A stretch of DNA of 64,000 nucleotides from Candidatus Parcubacteria bacterium (lineage in GTDB: Bacteria; Patescibacteriota; Saccharimonadia; UBA4664; JBIOIQ01): NCBI GenBank assembly GCA_963718875.1, contig OY970378.1, forward strand, positions 196,396-260,395, read 5' to 3'. The position numbers were made by a program, and so were the translations under genes. Each line of letters begins with the position of its first letter. Positions within the stretch are counted from its first letter, which is position 1. Positions 35,715 through 46,387 of the stretch are shown here, in pieces. The notes under the pieces were generated by a model that made no database searches, was not told the origin of the DNA, and saw only the letters and a program-made list of their open reading frames with translations.

Positions 35715-36305
35715 ATGACGACGTTAATTAACCTGTTGCCAGATATCCGGCAGGACAAAGCCCGCAACAATCAGCGCCGTCGCATGGCAAAGCTGGCTGC
35801 ATTTGCTGTTTCAGGCGTGAGTTTAGGCTTGGTATTGATTTTATTCCTTATAACCTTAGGCCAAAAATATCGAATTAATAGTCTGTCGGAAGATATTAAG
35901 AGCAACCAAGCCGCTATTGATGAAATTAATGATTTACAACAAATACTGACGACTCAGCGACAATTAAGCTCGCTCGCGGAGCTCTACCAACAACGAGTAT
36001 TGATAACGAGATTATATGGAGTTTTGTCGGGCTTGCAGCCAAGAGAAATCGGTTTGCAATCGCTAAGTCTTGATGCTCAAAATACGTTAACGATGACAGC
36101 TCAAGCACGGAATTTTGGTTCCGTAACTAGGTTTGTAAAGGCCCTTCAAGCTAGTAATGTGTCAATTGGCAGCGGCGCAAATATCAATAGTCGTCCGCAT
36201 TTTTCTAACATAAAACTAGCGACAGTTACTTCAGATACCAATAACCTTGTAAGTTTTTCAGTAACTGCAACCATGTCGCCGGAGGTGACCAATGCCAACA
36301 AATAA
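35715..36305 (+). CDS. pilN: PilN-like pilus assembly protein
   Basis: INLLP N-terminal motif, single TM, coiled-coil. Confidence 0.8.
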   Translation: MTTLINLLPDIRQDKARNNQRRRMAKLAAFAVSGVSLGLVLILFLITLGQKYRINSLSEDIKSNQAAIDEINDLQQILTTQRQLSSLAELYQQRVLITRLYGVLSGLQPREIGLQSLSLDAQNTLTMTAQARNFGSVTRFVKALQASNVSIGSGANINSRPHFSNIKLATVTSDTNNLVSFSVTATMSPEVTNANK

Positions 36306-36897
36306 ACCCAAGGCTGAATCAGTCCAGTCATTATCAGTTAATAAAACCATTGCGATTGCAGCTATGGGAACATTGATAGTGGTGCTTTTGTGTGGGTTTG
36401 CAGCCAAAACTTTAATTTCATTTATTGGATTTAATGGGCGTGTTATTGATAAAAAAAATACAGCAAATGAACAGCTCAAGGCAAACCTTCCCGCCGTTAC
36501 GGCTTTGGCTGCGAGCTATGTCGAGTTGGGTAGCAAACTCCAGCTTATAAACGACGCTCTGCCTACGACTCCAGATTTTCCCTCTGTTGTGTCAACGATA
36601 GAAGCGATAGCTGGGAGTAGCGGCGTACGCTTGAAATCAGTTACAACAGCTAATACAACACCTGTAGCTGCGGTAACTAGCACAGTTCCGCAGTCGTTTG
36701 AATTTAGTGTGTCTGTAGCGGGTAGCTACGATAATTTATTGAAGTTTTTCTCAAATATTGAATTGTCTTCGCGGCCGATGAAACTGCTTGGTCTTACCCA
36801 GACGGGAAGTTCTTCAGCTCAGTCAGCGGATCTTAAGCTGCAAACCTACTATCAAGCAGCAGTCGACACAACCCCTAAAAGCGAGGTAATAAAATGA
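36292..36897 (+). CDS. pilO: PilO-like pilus assembly protein
   Basis: Single TM plus periplasmic domain. Position after pilN. Confidence 0.75.
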   Translation: MPTNKPKAESVQSLSVNKTIAIAAMGTLIVVLLCGFAAKTLISFIGFNGRVIDKKNTANEQLKANLPAVTALAASYVELGSKLQLINDALPTTPDFPSVVSTIEAIAGSSGVRLKSVTTANTTPVAAVTSTVPQSFEFSVSVAGSYDNLLKFFSNIELSSRPMKLLGLTQTGSSSAQSADLKLQTYYQAAVDTTPKSEVIK

Positions 36898-37154
36898 AAT
36901 CAAAAGATTTATTATACTTAAGTATTGCAATTGTTCTGTTTGTTGTAACGGGTATATTGGCTGTATCTCAATTAGGAATCGGTAAAAGTTTATTTTCGCG
37001 TGAGGCTACTGTTGAGGTAGTGGCTCCAATATCATCTGAGCTTAACCAGAATGTTTTGACAGCGCTCACTGACGGAGTTCAAACTCGTGACTTTACGCCT
37101 CCGATCGATTTGCAAAATGGTTTGGGTAATCCAAGACCATTTAATCCTCTGTAG
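36894..37154 (+). CDS. small membrane protein in the pilus operon
   Basis: 86 aa with one TM. Translationally coupled to pilO. Confidence 0.5.
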   Translation: MKSKDLLYLSIAIVLFVVTGILAVSQLGIGKSLFSREATVEVVAPISSELNQNVLTALTDGVQTRDFTPPIDLQNGLGNPRPFNPL

Positions 37155-37244
37155 AGAGAAGTTGATTATGCGCCTTGAAGTAGAAAATTCCGTGAAACCT
37201 CGGTCAATCAGAGTATTGGCTTATGATTTGCAGGAGCAACTATA

Positions 37245-39017
37245 ATGTTATCGGTTGAGACGCAAGCTCAGGTAGAGCAACTATTGCTAAAAGAAAAACT
37301 GATTTCCGAAGCTGATTTAAGTAAGCTTAAGGCTGAGGCGGCTGAAAAAAATACTTCACTTTTAGCGTTAGTTGAAGAAAAGCACCAAGTTAGTGATGAA
37401 GATTTGACCAGGATTCAAGCTCAAGTAATTGGCTTGCCTTATGTAAATTTATCAAACCTGCCCGTCAAGCCTGAAATTTTAGCCCTTCTACCCAAAAGCG
37501 TTGCAAGCAATTACCGGGCTGTACCTTTTGGAATTATACAAGGGAAGCTTGCAGTAGCTATGCTTGACCCTGGAAATCTTCAGGCTGTTGATTTTTTATC
37601 ACGTAAAACTAATCAAAGTGTAGTTGTATTTTCTGCATCGCCTGCGGGTATAGACCGGATCCTTGCGCAATATCCTTCTGAAGTGTCGTCGGATGTTAGT
37701 GAAGCGATTAAGAGCGCAAACGAGTCCGAGCTGGCCGATAAGCCAAAAGCTGGTTCGGAAAAATTAAAAAATTTGGTTCAAGATGCGCCCATCACTCGAG
37801 CACTGACGGCTATTATGGATTATGCCGCTCAACTAAAGGCATCTGACATCCATATTGAGCCCAGACAAAATGATCTTAAAATTCGCTATAGGGTGGATGG
37901 GATCTTGCAGGAGTCTATGACGTTGCCAAAATCGATTGAGCCGGCATTGGTCTCGCGTATTAAAATTTTGTCTAACCTTAAGATTGATGAACATCGGGTG
38001 CCACAGGATGGCCAGTTTCAGTTTACTTCGGGAGGTAAGGAAATTGATTTGCGTGTTACAATTGCCCCGATTGTCTGGGGGGAGCAGATAGTAATACGAC
38101 TTCTAGATAAAAGTGACAACATTTTAACTCTGGATAGTTTGGGCTTTCGTGGTTCTGGTTTGCGGCTAATAAATGAAGGGATTCATCGTCCTCATGGAAT
38201 GATACTTTCTACAGGGCCAACTGGATCTGGTAAAAGTACGACTTTGTATGCAATTATCCAGGCAATAAAAGATACGTCTATAAATATTGTTACGCTTGAG
38301 GATCCAGTGGAATATAAGATGGACGGCGTTAACCAAATGCAGGTTAACGCTGAAGTTGGGTTAACTTTTGCCTCAGGCTTACGATCAATTTTGCGCCAAG
38401 ATCCAAACGTCATTATGGTTGGGGAGATTCGTGATAAAGAAACGTCAGAGCTGGCAGTACAGTCGGCATTGACGGGGCATATTGTTCTTTCCACGGTGCA
38501 CACAAACTCCGCTGCCGGTGTTCTACCTAGACTGCTTGATATGGGCATAGAGCCGTTTTTGATTGCGTCGACCATAAATACTGTTGTAGGGCAGAGGCTT
38601 GTGCGGCAATTGTGTCCCAAATGTAAATCTCAAATCCCAGCTTCGGCTGTTGAAATTACTTCCATAAATGATTGTTTAGGAGAGGTTTTGCCAAAGGACC
38701 AAACCGAGGCAGCCAAAACTGCGGAAAATTTAGGTTATACTAACTTGCCGATAGTGAACAAAACCGAGTATACTCTCTATAAAGCTAATGGTTGTGGAGA
38801 ATGCCATAATGGGTATAAAGGACGTTTGGGAATTTGCGAGGTATTTAGCATGACTCCAGCTATGGAAAAGTTGCTGACAACTCATGCTGCAACCGACGAA
38901 GTTCAATCGCAAGCCCAGCGAGACGGTATGCTTACCATGAAGCAGGATGGATATTTAAAAGCCTTGACTGGGGTTACGACCTTGGCTGAGGTTGCACGTG
39001 TGGCGGCAGACTTTTAA
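37245..39017 (+). CDS. pilB: type IV pilus assembly ATPase PilB (GspE family)
   Basis: N-terminal GSPII_E_N domains, Walker A GPTGSGKST, zinc tetracysteine CPKC...CGEC. Confidence 0.93.
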   Translation: MLSVETQAQVEQLLLKEKLISEADLSKLKAEAAEKNTSLLALVEEKHQVSDEDLTRIQAQVIGLPYVNLSNLPVKPEILALLPKSVASNYRAVPFGIIQGKLAVAMLDPGNLQAVDFLSRKTNQSVVVFSASPAGIDRILAQYPSEVSSDVSEAIKSANESELADKPKAGSEKLKNLVQDAPITRALTAIMDYAAQLKASDIHIEPRQNDLKIRYRVDGILQESMTLPKSIEPALVSRIKILSNLKIDEHRVPQDGQFQFTSGGKEIDLRVTIAPIVWGEQIVIRLLDKSDNILTLDSLGFRGSGLRLINEGIHRPHGMILSTGPTGSGKSTTLYAIIQAIKDTSINIVTLEDPVEYKMDGVNQMQVNAEVGLTFASGLRSILRQDPNVIMVGEIRDKETSELAVQSALTGHIVLSTVHTNSAAGVLPRLLDMGIEPFLIASTINTVVGQRLVRQLCPKCKSQIPASAVEITSINDCLGEVLPKDQTEAAKTAENLGYTNLPIVNKTEYTLYKANGCGECHNGYKGRLGICEVFSMTPAMEKLLTTHAATDEVQSQAQRDGMLTMKQDGYLKALTGVTTLAEVARVAADF

Positions 39018-39022
39018 ACGAG

Positions 39023-39050
39023 AATTATGAATTATGAATTATGAATTAAG
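39023..39050 (+). repeat. heptanucleotide tandem repeat (GAATTAT)x~4 immediately after the pilB stop
   Basis: gaattatgaattatgaattatgaattaa. Confidence 0.8.
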
Positions 39051-39146
39051 TATAGAAGCCAGTTTGAGTAAGACAGGAGCGATGGTTGAACTTTTTGTGT
39101 CACATTATTCTTTATTCTTTATTCAAGATTCGCTAGGGTTATAGAG

Positions 39147-40217
39147 ATGGAAAAAGTAGCCCCCAAAATCGAACTTTTACTTGAGCAAGTTATAAAGCGT
39201 GATGCATCTGATCTTCACTTGCAGGTTGGTGTGCCGCCGATGATTAGGGTCGATGGGGCGTTAAAACCGGTAGATGATGGCTCGGTACTGGAAGAGGCTG
39301 ACGTTGAGCAGTTGGTGATGTCAATTGTGGATGAAAACCAAAAAGATGTTTTGATTAAAGACAAAGAAGTAGATTTTTCTTTTAGCTTTGGTGATTACGG
39401 CAGATTTCGAGTAAATGCCTTCCACGAGAAAGGAACTTTGGCAGCGGCTTTACGGTTAATCCCGACTAAAATTCGTTCTCTTGATGAACTAAAAATGCCA
39501 AAAGTTTTGAGTAGTTTTTGTGATTATCCTAGAGGGCTCGTATTGGTTACCGGGCCTACAGGTTCGGGTAAAAGTACCACGCTTGCCGGTATGGTGGATC
39601 GAATTAATCGCGAAAAAGCGATGCACATTATCACCATTGAGGACCCCATAGAATACCAACATCATTCCCAAAAATCGATTGTGGTTCAACGGGAAATTCA
39701 TTATGATACCCATTCTTTTGGCGCGGCCTTGCGCTCATGTTTACGTGAAGATCCTGACGTAGTGTTGATTGGTGAAATGAGAGATCTTGAAACAATTTCG
39801 GCAGCCATTACCATAGCCGAAACAGGGCATTTGGTATTAGCTACGCTTCACACCAATTCGGCTGCTCAATCAATTGATCGTATGATTGATGTTTTTCCGC
39901 CTTACCAACAACAACAAATTAGAGTTCAAGTGGCTGGTATGTTGCAGGGTATTTGTTCGCAACGTTTGATCCCAACCATTGGTGGAGGGCGGGTAGCGGC
40001 GGCGGAAATCCTAGTGGCAACCCCGGCCGTACGGAATATTATTCGAGAGGGTAAAACTCATCAGCTCGATGCAGTCATTCAAACGGGTGCCGATTATGGA
40101 ATGCAGTCTATGGATAAGACACTGGTACAATTGATCGAAAACGGACGCATTACTTTTGAAGAAGCCAAGAATTATGCGATTGATGTAGATGAGCTAGAAA
40201 GGCTGATGCGAGGGTAG
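39147..40217 (+). CDS. pilT: twitching motility ATPase PilT
   Basis: Walker A GPTGSGKST, PilT-size, GspE-family core without the N-terminal extension. Confidence 0.93.
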   Translation: MEKVAPKIELLLEQVIKRDASDLHLQVGVPPMIRVDGALKPVDDGSVLEEADVEQLVMSIVDENQKDVLIKDKEVDFSFSFGDYGRFRVNAFHEKGTLAAALRLIPTKIRSLDELKMPKVLSSFCDYPRGLVLVTGPTGSGKSTTLAGMVDRINREKAMHIITIEDPIEYQHHSQKSIVVQREIHYDTHSFGAALRSCLREDPDVVLIGEMRDLETISAAITIAETGHLVLATLHTNSAAQSIDRMIDVFPPYQQQQIRVQVAGMLQGICSQRLIPTIGGGRVAAAEILVATPAVRNIIREGKTHQLDAVIQTGADYGMQSMDKTLVQLIENGRITFEEAKNYAIDVDELERLMRG

Positions 40218-40218
40218 A

Positions 40219-41442
40219 ATGATTATATATAACTATACTGCTAAACACACGATCACAGGCGAGACTGTTAAGGCGCAGGTGCGAGCTGAAAGCCCGCAGG
40301 CAGCAGCTAAGTTACTGACAGCACAACAGCTTTTCCCAATTTCCATTGAAAATGAAGCTGCTAATCGCTGGGAAAATCTTCATTTTGGCAGTGGTGTAAG
40401 CTCAAAAGAAAAAGTTATTTTTACCAGACAGCTTTCAACTTTGATTAATGCGGGTTTGCCGTTGGTTCAAGCCTTGCATACCGTACAAGAGCAAATTCGC
40501 AACAAAATACTAGTAAGTATTTTAGAAAGTATAATTTCTGAAGTGGAGGGTGGTAGCACTTTGGCAAGTGCATTTGGAGCCTATCCAAATATATTTAATC
40601 AAGTATATGTTAACCTGGTGGCGGCAGGGGAGTCATCCGGAACGCTTGATGAAACTTTAGAACGGTTGGCTAATCAACAAGAAAAAGACGCTCAAATAGT
40701 ACGCAAAATTCGCGGGGCATTGATTTATCCGATAATTGTCTTATTTGTGATCGTAGCTGTGGTTATATTTATGCTTTTAACAGTTTTGCCTCAGATAGGC
40801 CAGCTATATCATGATCTTGGTAAAACTTTGCCAACTTTGACCTTGGTTTTGTTAACTATTTCAAACTTTTTTGCTCATTTTTGGTGGTTTACCATTATCT
40901 TGCTAGGGCTGTTTGGTTACGGCGTAGCTAATTATATGAAAACCGAAAAAGGCAAGACCATGGCGGACCGAGCCAAGCTTAATTTGCCCTTGATAGGAAG
41001 GATGTTTAAAAAAGTTTATATGGCCCGTTTTGCTAGAACGCTTGGTACTTTACTGGCAACGGGGGTGCCTGTGTTGCAGGCGCTGGGCGTTGTGAAAGAA
41101 GCTGTCAGTAACGGCATTGTGGGAAACGTTATTACAAAATCGATTGAGCAAGTTAAGGGCGGGAAATCTTTATCCGAAACGCTTGAAAATAATAATGTTT
41201 TCTTGCCTCTGGTCCCGCAGATGATAAAAATCGGCGAGCAATCAGGTTCGATTGACGCAATGTTGAATAAAGTAGCTGTCTTTTATGAAAATGAAGTTGA
41301 TGAAGAAATTAAAAACCTAACTACCACTATGGAACCGGCCTTAACTGTTGTGATGGGTGTGGTCGTAGGGCTCGTAATAGCGGCTATATTATTGCCGGTT
41401 TACAGTTTGGTGGGTGGGGGCGGAATATCAAATTTGAAATAG
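40219..41442 (+). CDS. pilC: type IV pilus platform protein PilC (GspF family)
   Basis: Two T2SSF repeats and three TM segments. Confidence 0.92.
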   Translation: MIIYNYTAKHTITGETVKAQVRAESPQAAAKLLTAQQLFPISIENEAANRWENLHFGSGVSSKEKVIFTRQLSTLINAGLPLVQALHTVQEQIRNKILVSILESIISEVEGGSTLASAFGAYPNIFNQVYVNLVAAGESSGTLDETLERLANQQEKDAQIVRKIRGALIYPIIVLFVIVAVVIFMLLTVLPQIGQLYHDLGKTLPTLTLVLLTISNFFAHFWWFTIILLGLFGYGVANYMKTEKGKTMADRAKLNLPLIGRMFKKVYMARFARTLGTLLATGVPVLQALGVVKEAVSNGIVGNVITKSIEQVKGGKSLSETLENNNVFLPLVPQMIKIGEQSGSIDAMLNKVAVFYENEVDEEIKNLTTTMEPALTVVMGVVVGLVIAAILLPVYSLVGGGGISNLK

Positions 41443-41511
41443 CGAGTTGACAAATTAAAGGCATGAGCGTAATAATAAGCTTAAGCGATATAAATAAAGG
41501 TGAGCACTGAT

Positions 41512-41928
41512 ATGTTAAAAAAATTTAATAAAAAAGACCAAGGGTTTACACTAATCGAAATTATTTTGGTGTTGGCTATTGCAGGGTTAATTTTGCTCTT
41601 GGTGTTTGTGGCCTTATCGGGTGCACAGAAAACGCGTAGGGACACAGCGCGAAAAAACGATGCGACTCGAATGCTTGCTAGCATTGAGTCTTGTGCGAGT
41701 AATAACAACGGAGCTTATGGTAGTTGTTTGACTGATCCGCAAATAATTAGCGCTGGCTATTTTAGTGGAAATGCTCCATCCGGCACCGCTTACACTATCG
41801 GAGCCGCTGCTGGTTTATCTGTCTTTGAGGTTGCTACCGGTCCTTGCACTGGTGGTCCTGCCTCAGCGGCTGTAAAGGTTACGATTCTTCTAGAGGCTGG
41901 TCCAGCATTCTGTAAAGATAATGGCTAG
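41512..41928 (+). CDS. pilA: type IV major pilin
   Basis: Prepilin leader KKDQG|FTLIEIILVLAI (G-F-T-L-I-E). AAAGGTGAG RBS. Confidence 0.85.
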   Translation: MLKKFNKKDQGFTLIEIILVLAIAGLILLLVFVALSGAQKTRRDTARKNDATRMLASIESCASNNNGAYGSCLTDPQIISAGYFSGNAPSGTAYTIGAAAGLSVFEVATGPCTGGPASAAVKVTILLEAGPAFCKDNG

Positions 41929-41940
41929 AATTTACCCCAG

Positions 41941-41982
41941 CTAACTTAAAAAGACCCCCAAAACGGGGTCTTTTTAAGTTAG
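41941..41982 (+). terminator. strong rho-independent terminator (18-bp stem ctaacttaaaaagacccc / ggggtctttttaagttag)
   Basis: Perfect inverted repeat with a T-run, after the pilin gene. Confidence 0.85.
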
Positions 41983-42001
41983 CGTCTGCTATAATGCGCT
42001 C

Positions 42002-42829
42002 ATGCTTAACTTAATTTTTATTTCTGGTTTAGGGTTGGTTATAGGCAGTTTTGTAAATGCAGTAGTTTGGCGACTTCATGAGCGAACGACAACCAATAAT
42101 AAGACTAAAATTGACGCAGATGACTTAAGCATAACTCGTGGCCGCTCCATGTGCCCCCAGTGTAGACACCGATTGTTTGCCTTGGATTTAATACCAATTT
42201 TAGGCTGGCTGATCCTTAAGGGCCGCTGCCGCTACTGCCAAAAGCCGATTTCAGTGCGGTATCCGATCGTCGAACTATTAACTGCTAGTCTTTTCGGACT
42301 GTCTTATATTGTTCTACAACCTGTTTCTTTATTGGCATGGACTGAGTTCGGATTTTGGCTGTATTTTTTGACTGTACTAATAATGTTGGCACTTTATGAT
42401 TTGTACTGGTATATATTGCCGGACGTAATATTGTTGCCTGCGATTGTGGTAGGGTTTATATATGCTGTGGTTCAAGGGGTCGCTAGCGGTTCTGTTGGGG
42501 TGACGTTGGGTCTATTATTGCCAGCATTAGCGGCCGGTGGAAGCTTTTATACACTAGCGGCTGTTTCAAAAGGCAGGTGGATGGGTGGCGGGGATATAAA
42601 GCTAGTATTCTTTATGGGGTTAATATTGGGTTGGTCAAAGGTTGGATTAGCGCTAATGCTAGCATTTAATGCAGGGGCTATAATAGGCGTGATTCTAATA
42701 GCATTAAAAATTAAGCACAGAAAAGACCATATACCTTTTGGGCCGTTTTTGGTGGGAGGAACCATAGTAGCAGTACTGTATGGCAATGCGGTGATTGAAT
42801 GGTATTTGCGGCTGATGGGATACGCTTGA
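42002..42829 (+). CDS. pilD: prepilin peptidase (A24 family)
   Basis: CxxC...CxxC zinc motif (CPQCRH...CRYCQ) and polytopic membrane domain. Confidence 0.9.
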   Translation: MLNLIFISGLGLVIGSFVNAVVWRLHERTTTNNKTKIDADDLSITRGRSMCPQCRHRLFALDLIPILGWLILKGRCRYCQKPISVRYPIVELLTASLFGLSYIVLQPVSLLAWTEFGFWLYFLTVLIMLALYDLYWYILPDVILLPAIVVGFIYAVVQGVASGSVGVTLGLLLPALAAGGSFYTLAAVSKGRWMGGGDIKLVFFMGLILGWSKVGLALMLAFNAGAIIGVILIALKIKHRKDHIPFGPFLVGGTIVAVLYGNAVIEWYLRLMGYA

Positions 42830-42893
42830 TTAATGTGATTAACTTTTTGAGGTTAACAGCTAGGTAAAAAACAGTGTTATAATCAAACTTGTT

Positions 42894-43508
42894 ATGCTAA
42901 AACGTAGTTCACAAGGATTCACCGTTGTCGAAACGATTCTGGTACTTTCGATTTCTTCTTTATTGCTCAGTATGGCTATAGCTGGGCAAAGCCAATTAAG
43001 AGTTCGTGCGCAGTTTACCGACAGCATAGAAAAAGCCAAGATAACTTTGGCTAGAGCCAAAAACGAAGCGCTTTCAACGCATCTAAAAGGAAGCGGGAAT
43101 GACTTGGGACGCATTTTTTTTGCTAAAAGAGTTATTTTTACCCCTGGCAGTAACGTTATTGATATTGATACATTAGTTATTTCGCCGACTAATGTAATTA
43201 GCGTGGCGCCTTCTAGTGCCGAGCAAATCCCACTACCTTGGGGTGTACATTACGTAACAAGTGCATCTGCTGGGGCGTCGACAGGAAAAGAAATTTTGTT
43301 TATTAGGTGGCCAAAAACTGGAACGTTATATACCTTTACTCCCGGCCTAAGCAGTCCATTTAATGATTTAGCTTTTAGCTCGTACGACCCTCTGCCTGCT
43401 AACCCAGACCGTGCATCCCAGGATTTCCAGCTAATTGATTCTTTGGGTCATGAAGCTACAATTAGTGTTGAAGGAAAAACAGATAGTGTTTCGAGGGTGT
43501 TTCATTGA
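42894..43508 (+). CDS. prepilin-type minor pilin
   Basis: QG|FTVVETILVLSI class III signal. Confidence 0.75.
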   Translation: MLKRSSQGFTVVETILVLSISSLLLSMAIAGQSQLRVRAQFTDSIEKAKITLARAKNEALSTHLKGSGNDLGRIFFAKRVIFTPGSNVIDIDTLVISPTNVISVAPSSAEQIPLPWGVHYVTSASAGASTGKEILFIRWPKTGTLYTFTPGLSSPFNDLAFSSYDPLPANPDRASQDFQLIDSLGHEATISVEGKTDSVSRVFH

Positions 43509-44755
43509 TGAAAATTTTTAACATCAAGACTAAGACGTTGAATCAGCGTGGCGATATGCTGGTTGAGGTCACGATGGCGTTGGCGGTGCTGGCTGCGGTT
43601 CTACTGACGGCATTGAATGTTGCGAACAAAGCCTTTGGTGTTAGCAATAGTGCTAAGGAACGTAGTGTTGCATCGGGTTTATTGCAAGAGCAGGCCGAGC
43701 GTTTGCGAAACTATCGTGACTCTCATGTATGGGGAGGTGCGACTGGGACATATGCGACTATTCAAGGTGTGGGATTTAGTCCTACAAAATTTCATATGGA
43801 TCCAGCAGCGCCTGGAGCAAACTGCCTGACATCAGGTATTTATAACGTTTGCGTTGTGGCTACGGATAAATCTACGCCTGCTCCAGCCAAGAATAAACTC
43901 TTATTTGATATTACGGTTAATTGGTCCGGTGTTGGTGGGGGTCAAAACAGATCAATGCTTTCAACAGTCTTAGTTGACTTAGATGGGCTGGCACCGTTGT
44001 TGCCTCTAGCTGTAACTCCAGGACCCGGCCCGGTGCCTCCTGGTGTTCCAGCTGTGACCTTGGCGGTAAGTCAAAGCAATGTTGCGCCAAATACGTCCAT
44101 AACTCTTACGTGGACAACGGCTAACGTTACCACTTGTTCGGCTACGGCTGGGCCATGGACAGGATCAAAAAATGCCAATGGCGCCAGCGAGGTTAGACCG
44201 GCGAGTGATACTGCTACGCCTGGAACGGTAACATATACAATCAGTTGTAATAACGGCGGTGCGCCGGTGACAGATAGTGAAACTGTGACAGTAACAGCGC
44301 TGCCACCACCTCCGCCTACGGGAATTCGACTTGAGGCGGAAAATATGACACCCGGTAGTACCTGTGTACCTTATAAGGTGACGAATGGTGCGGCCGGTCC
44401 TACTCCAACCAATAATGCTGGGAGACTTGATTGTTACTTAGATTCGGCTTCAATTAGTAATTTCAACATCGGACCATCTTGGAGTAAATTGATTGTGCGT
44501 GCCCGCATAGGCAGCTCAAATAGTTGTGGCGGCCCACCTATCTTGAGTATAACTATCGGACTAGGTGCTTATAATGTTTCAGTCACGACATCCTCTATGA
44601 GCAATACCGTATATCCTCCTTTTCCAATGGGATCGTTCCCGGGAGGAGTTGCAAATATAACCATTTCTGCCAGCAACGCCGGTAGCAGCGACTTCTATCA
44701 TGGCGCGGGCGATAACTGTGAAATAGTCGTGGATTACCTAGAGTTTCAGATATGA
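43505..44755 (+). CDS. large pilin-like protein (minor pilin / pseudopilin)
   Basis: RG|DMLVEVTMALAVLAAV with Glu at +5, and a large beta-rich C-terminal domain. Confidence 0.65.
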   Translation: MMKIFNIKTKTLNQRGDMLVEVTMALAVLAAVLLTALNVANKAFGVSNSAKERSVASGLLQEQAERLRNYRDSHVWGGATGTYATIQGVGFSPTKFHMDPAAPGANCLTSGIYNVCVVATDKSTPAPAKNKLLFDITVNWSGVGGGQNRSMLSTVLVDLDGLAPLLPLAVTPGPGPVPPGVPAVTLAVSQSNVAPNTSITLTWTTANVTTCSATAGPWTGSKNANGASEVRPASDTATPGTVTYTISCNNGGAPVTDSETVTVTALPPPPPTGIRLEAENMTPGSTCVPYKVTNGAAGPTPTNNAGRLDCYLDSASISNFNIGPSWSKLIVRARIGSSNSCGGPPILSITIGLGAYNVSVTTSSMSNTVYPPFPMGSFPGGVANITISASNAGSSDFYHGAGDNCEIVVDYLEFQI

Positions 44756-45372
44756 TCAATACCAAACGGCATCTAGCCCCTCAAAAAGGCGTTACACTTG
44801 TAGAACTGATGATATCAATGACGGTTTTTAGTATGATGCTTCTAATTATTGTTAAAGGTATTTTGGGGGTGGTTAAGGTGCAGCAAAGCGGAGTAGTATC
44901 TAGGAATACCCAGCAAAATACCCGAACCGCACTAGAAGAAATCGTTCGGGAAGCCCGATCTGCCTCAGATGCGCGAGTTTTGCAAGCTGCCCCCTTGCAA
45001 AAGGTTTGCTTAGTTACTGCCGGAGGGTTAGTAGAATATTATGTTAATACAATAGATAATCGCTTATATCGGGCCACTGTAGACTATAATAGCGGCTTTA
45101 ATCCTGCTGCTGGTGTTAATACTTGTGTAGCATCACCAACATTTACTAGTAACACGGCAATAACCTCGAGTGATGTAGCGGTGATAGGTTTTACCGCAGG
45201 GGTTACGCCTCCGCCGGCAACGTCGGGTTCTCCGATTTCGCCGCCCAATTTAAACTTAAGTTTGAGTATTTCTACTAATCCACCCACGGCTACTTGCGCG
45301 CCGGGGCCGGGTGCACAATTTTGTTCTATAACATCACTTTCAAGCACGGTTAGTTTAAGAGGGACACCATAA
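44752..45372 (+). CDS. prepilin-type minor pilin
   Basis: KG|VTLVELMISMTVF class III signal. Confidence 0.75.
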   Translation: MINTKRHLAPQKGVTLVELMISMTVFSMMLLIIVKGILGVVKVQQSGVVSRNTQQNTRTALEEIVREARSASDARVLQAAPLQKVCLVTAGGLVEYYVNTIDNRLYRATVDYNSGFNPAAGVNTCVASPTFTSNTAITSSDVAVIGFTAGVTPPPATSGSPISPPNLNLSLSISTNPPTATCAPGPGAQFCSITSLSSTVSLRGTP

Positions 45373-45373
45373 A

Positions 45374-46387
45374 ATGAAGATACAAGATACAAGATACAAG
45401 ATACAAAGTCAGGCAGGGGTGGTTTCGCTTTTAACCACAGTTATCCTAAGTCTGCTTTTATCGGTTATTGTGACCAGTGCTGTTACTTTGTCGGTAGGAG
45501 AGTTGCGCCAATCGGAAAATGGAGATCAGGCTGTGAAGGCTTATTTTGCGGCCGAAGCGGGGGTAGAGGACGCTTTGCTAGCGGTAAAGGCGGATTTGGC
45601 AAGCCCCCCACATACAGTGGTGCCTAAAAATAGCTGCGGTAGCCCAACGCAGGTGAGTCCTACTAACCCCAATGTAGAATATACCTGTCAAACAATCAGG
45701 ACTACTGTAAACGAGATGACTGGGTTATTGGGTGTGGATCAAGCTACTCAAACTGGGCCAATAACTGGCTTTACTAACTTAGTCGTGAATTGGCATCAGT
45801 TTGGATCTGATCCGGACGTGGTTGGTTTGCCATACAGCCCGCCGTCAAATTATACGGCTAGGGATTCATGGAATTATCCAGCTGCTATGGAACTGACTTC
45901 TTTGTCCTATAACCCATCTGCCGTTCAGCCTGCGTGCCCCAATGGTTGCCCTGGGGGGATTGGGATTAAGTCCACGGTGGTTAAGCCGGCAGCAGGAACT
46001 GGTACGGGTAGTATAAGTACTAAGAGCCAGGATGGACAGTGCAAGTCCGCAAACGTTACAGCCACCAGCGGTTATAATTGCACAATTAACCTTAGTGGTT
46101 TCAACCCAAGCTTAACTTACATTTTGCGACTAAGACCTCGGTATACGGGAAGCCATTATTCCATGCAGCCCAAAGATTCGGTTGGAGCGCCAGTGGCTGT
46201 TGCTAGTCAAGCAGCTATTATTGACGTAACGGCTAAAGCGGGGAGCGTATTTAGGCGAGTGCAGGTTCAAGTTCCCCTGAATGCTGGTGCGGCTTCTGGC
46301 TTGGACTACGTACTGTTTAGTGATACTGATATTTGCAAAGACTTTAATGTGAGTGGTAATACGGCAGCTGGATTCTGTGCTCCCTAA
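45374..46387 (+). CDS. PilX-like minor pilin
   Basis: N-terminal TM followed by the [13 protein letters not shown] PilX_N-like segment. Confidence 0.6.
   Translation: MKIQDTRYKIQSQAGVVSLLTTVILSLLLSVIVTSAVTLSVGELRQSENGDQAVKAYFAAEAGVEDALLAVKADLASPPHTVVPKNSCGSPTQVSPTNPNVEYTCQTIRTTVNEMTGLLGVDQATQTGPITGFTNLVVNWHQFGSDPDVVGLPYSPPSNYTARDSWNYPAAMELTSLSYNPSAVQPACPNGCPGGIGIKSTVVKPAAGTGTGSISTKSQDGQCKSANVTATSGYNCTINLSGFNPSLTYILRLRPRYTGSHYSMQPKDSVGAPVAVASQAAIIDVTAKAGSVFRRVQVQVPLNAGAASGLDYVLFSDTDICKDFNVSGNTAAGFCAP
45377..45404 (+). repeat. heptanucleotide tandem repeat (AAGATAC)x4 inside codons 2-11 of the PilX-like gene
   Basis: atg-aagatacaagatacaagatacaagatac-aaag. Confidence 0.8.

Noticed and set aside
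35422-35718. 98-aa ORF between pilM and pilN
   Set aside because: It coincides with the family B structured repeat and overlaps pilM; the sequence is conserved as DNA/RNA structure rather than as protein.
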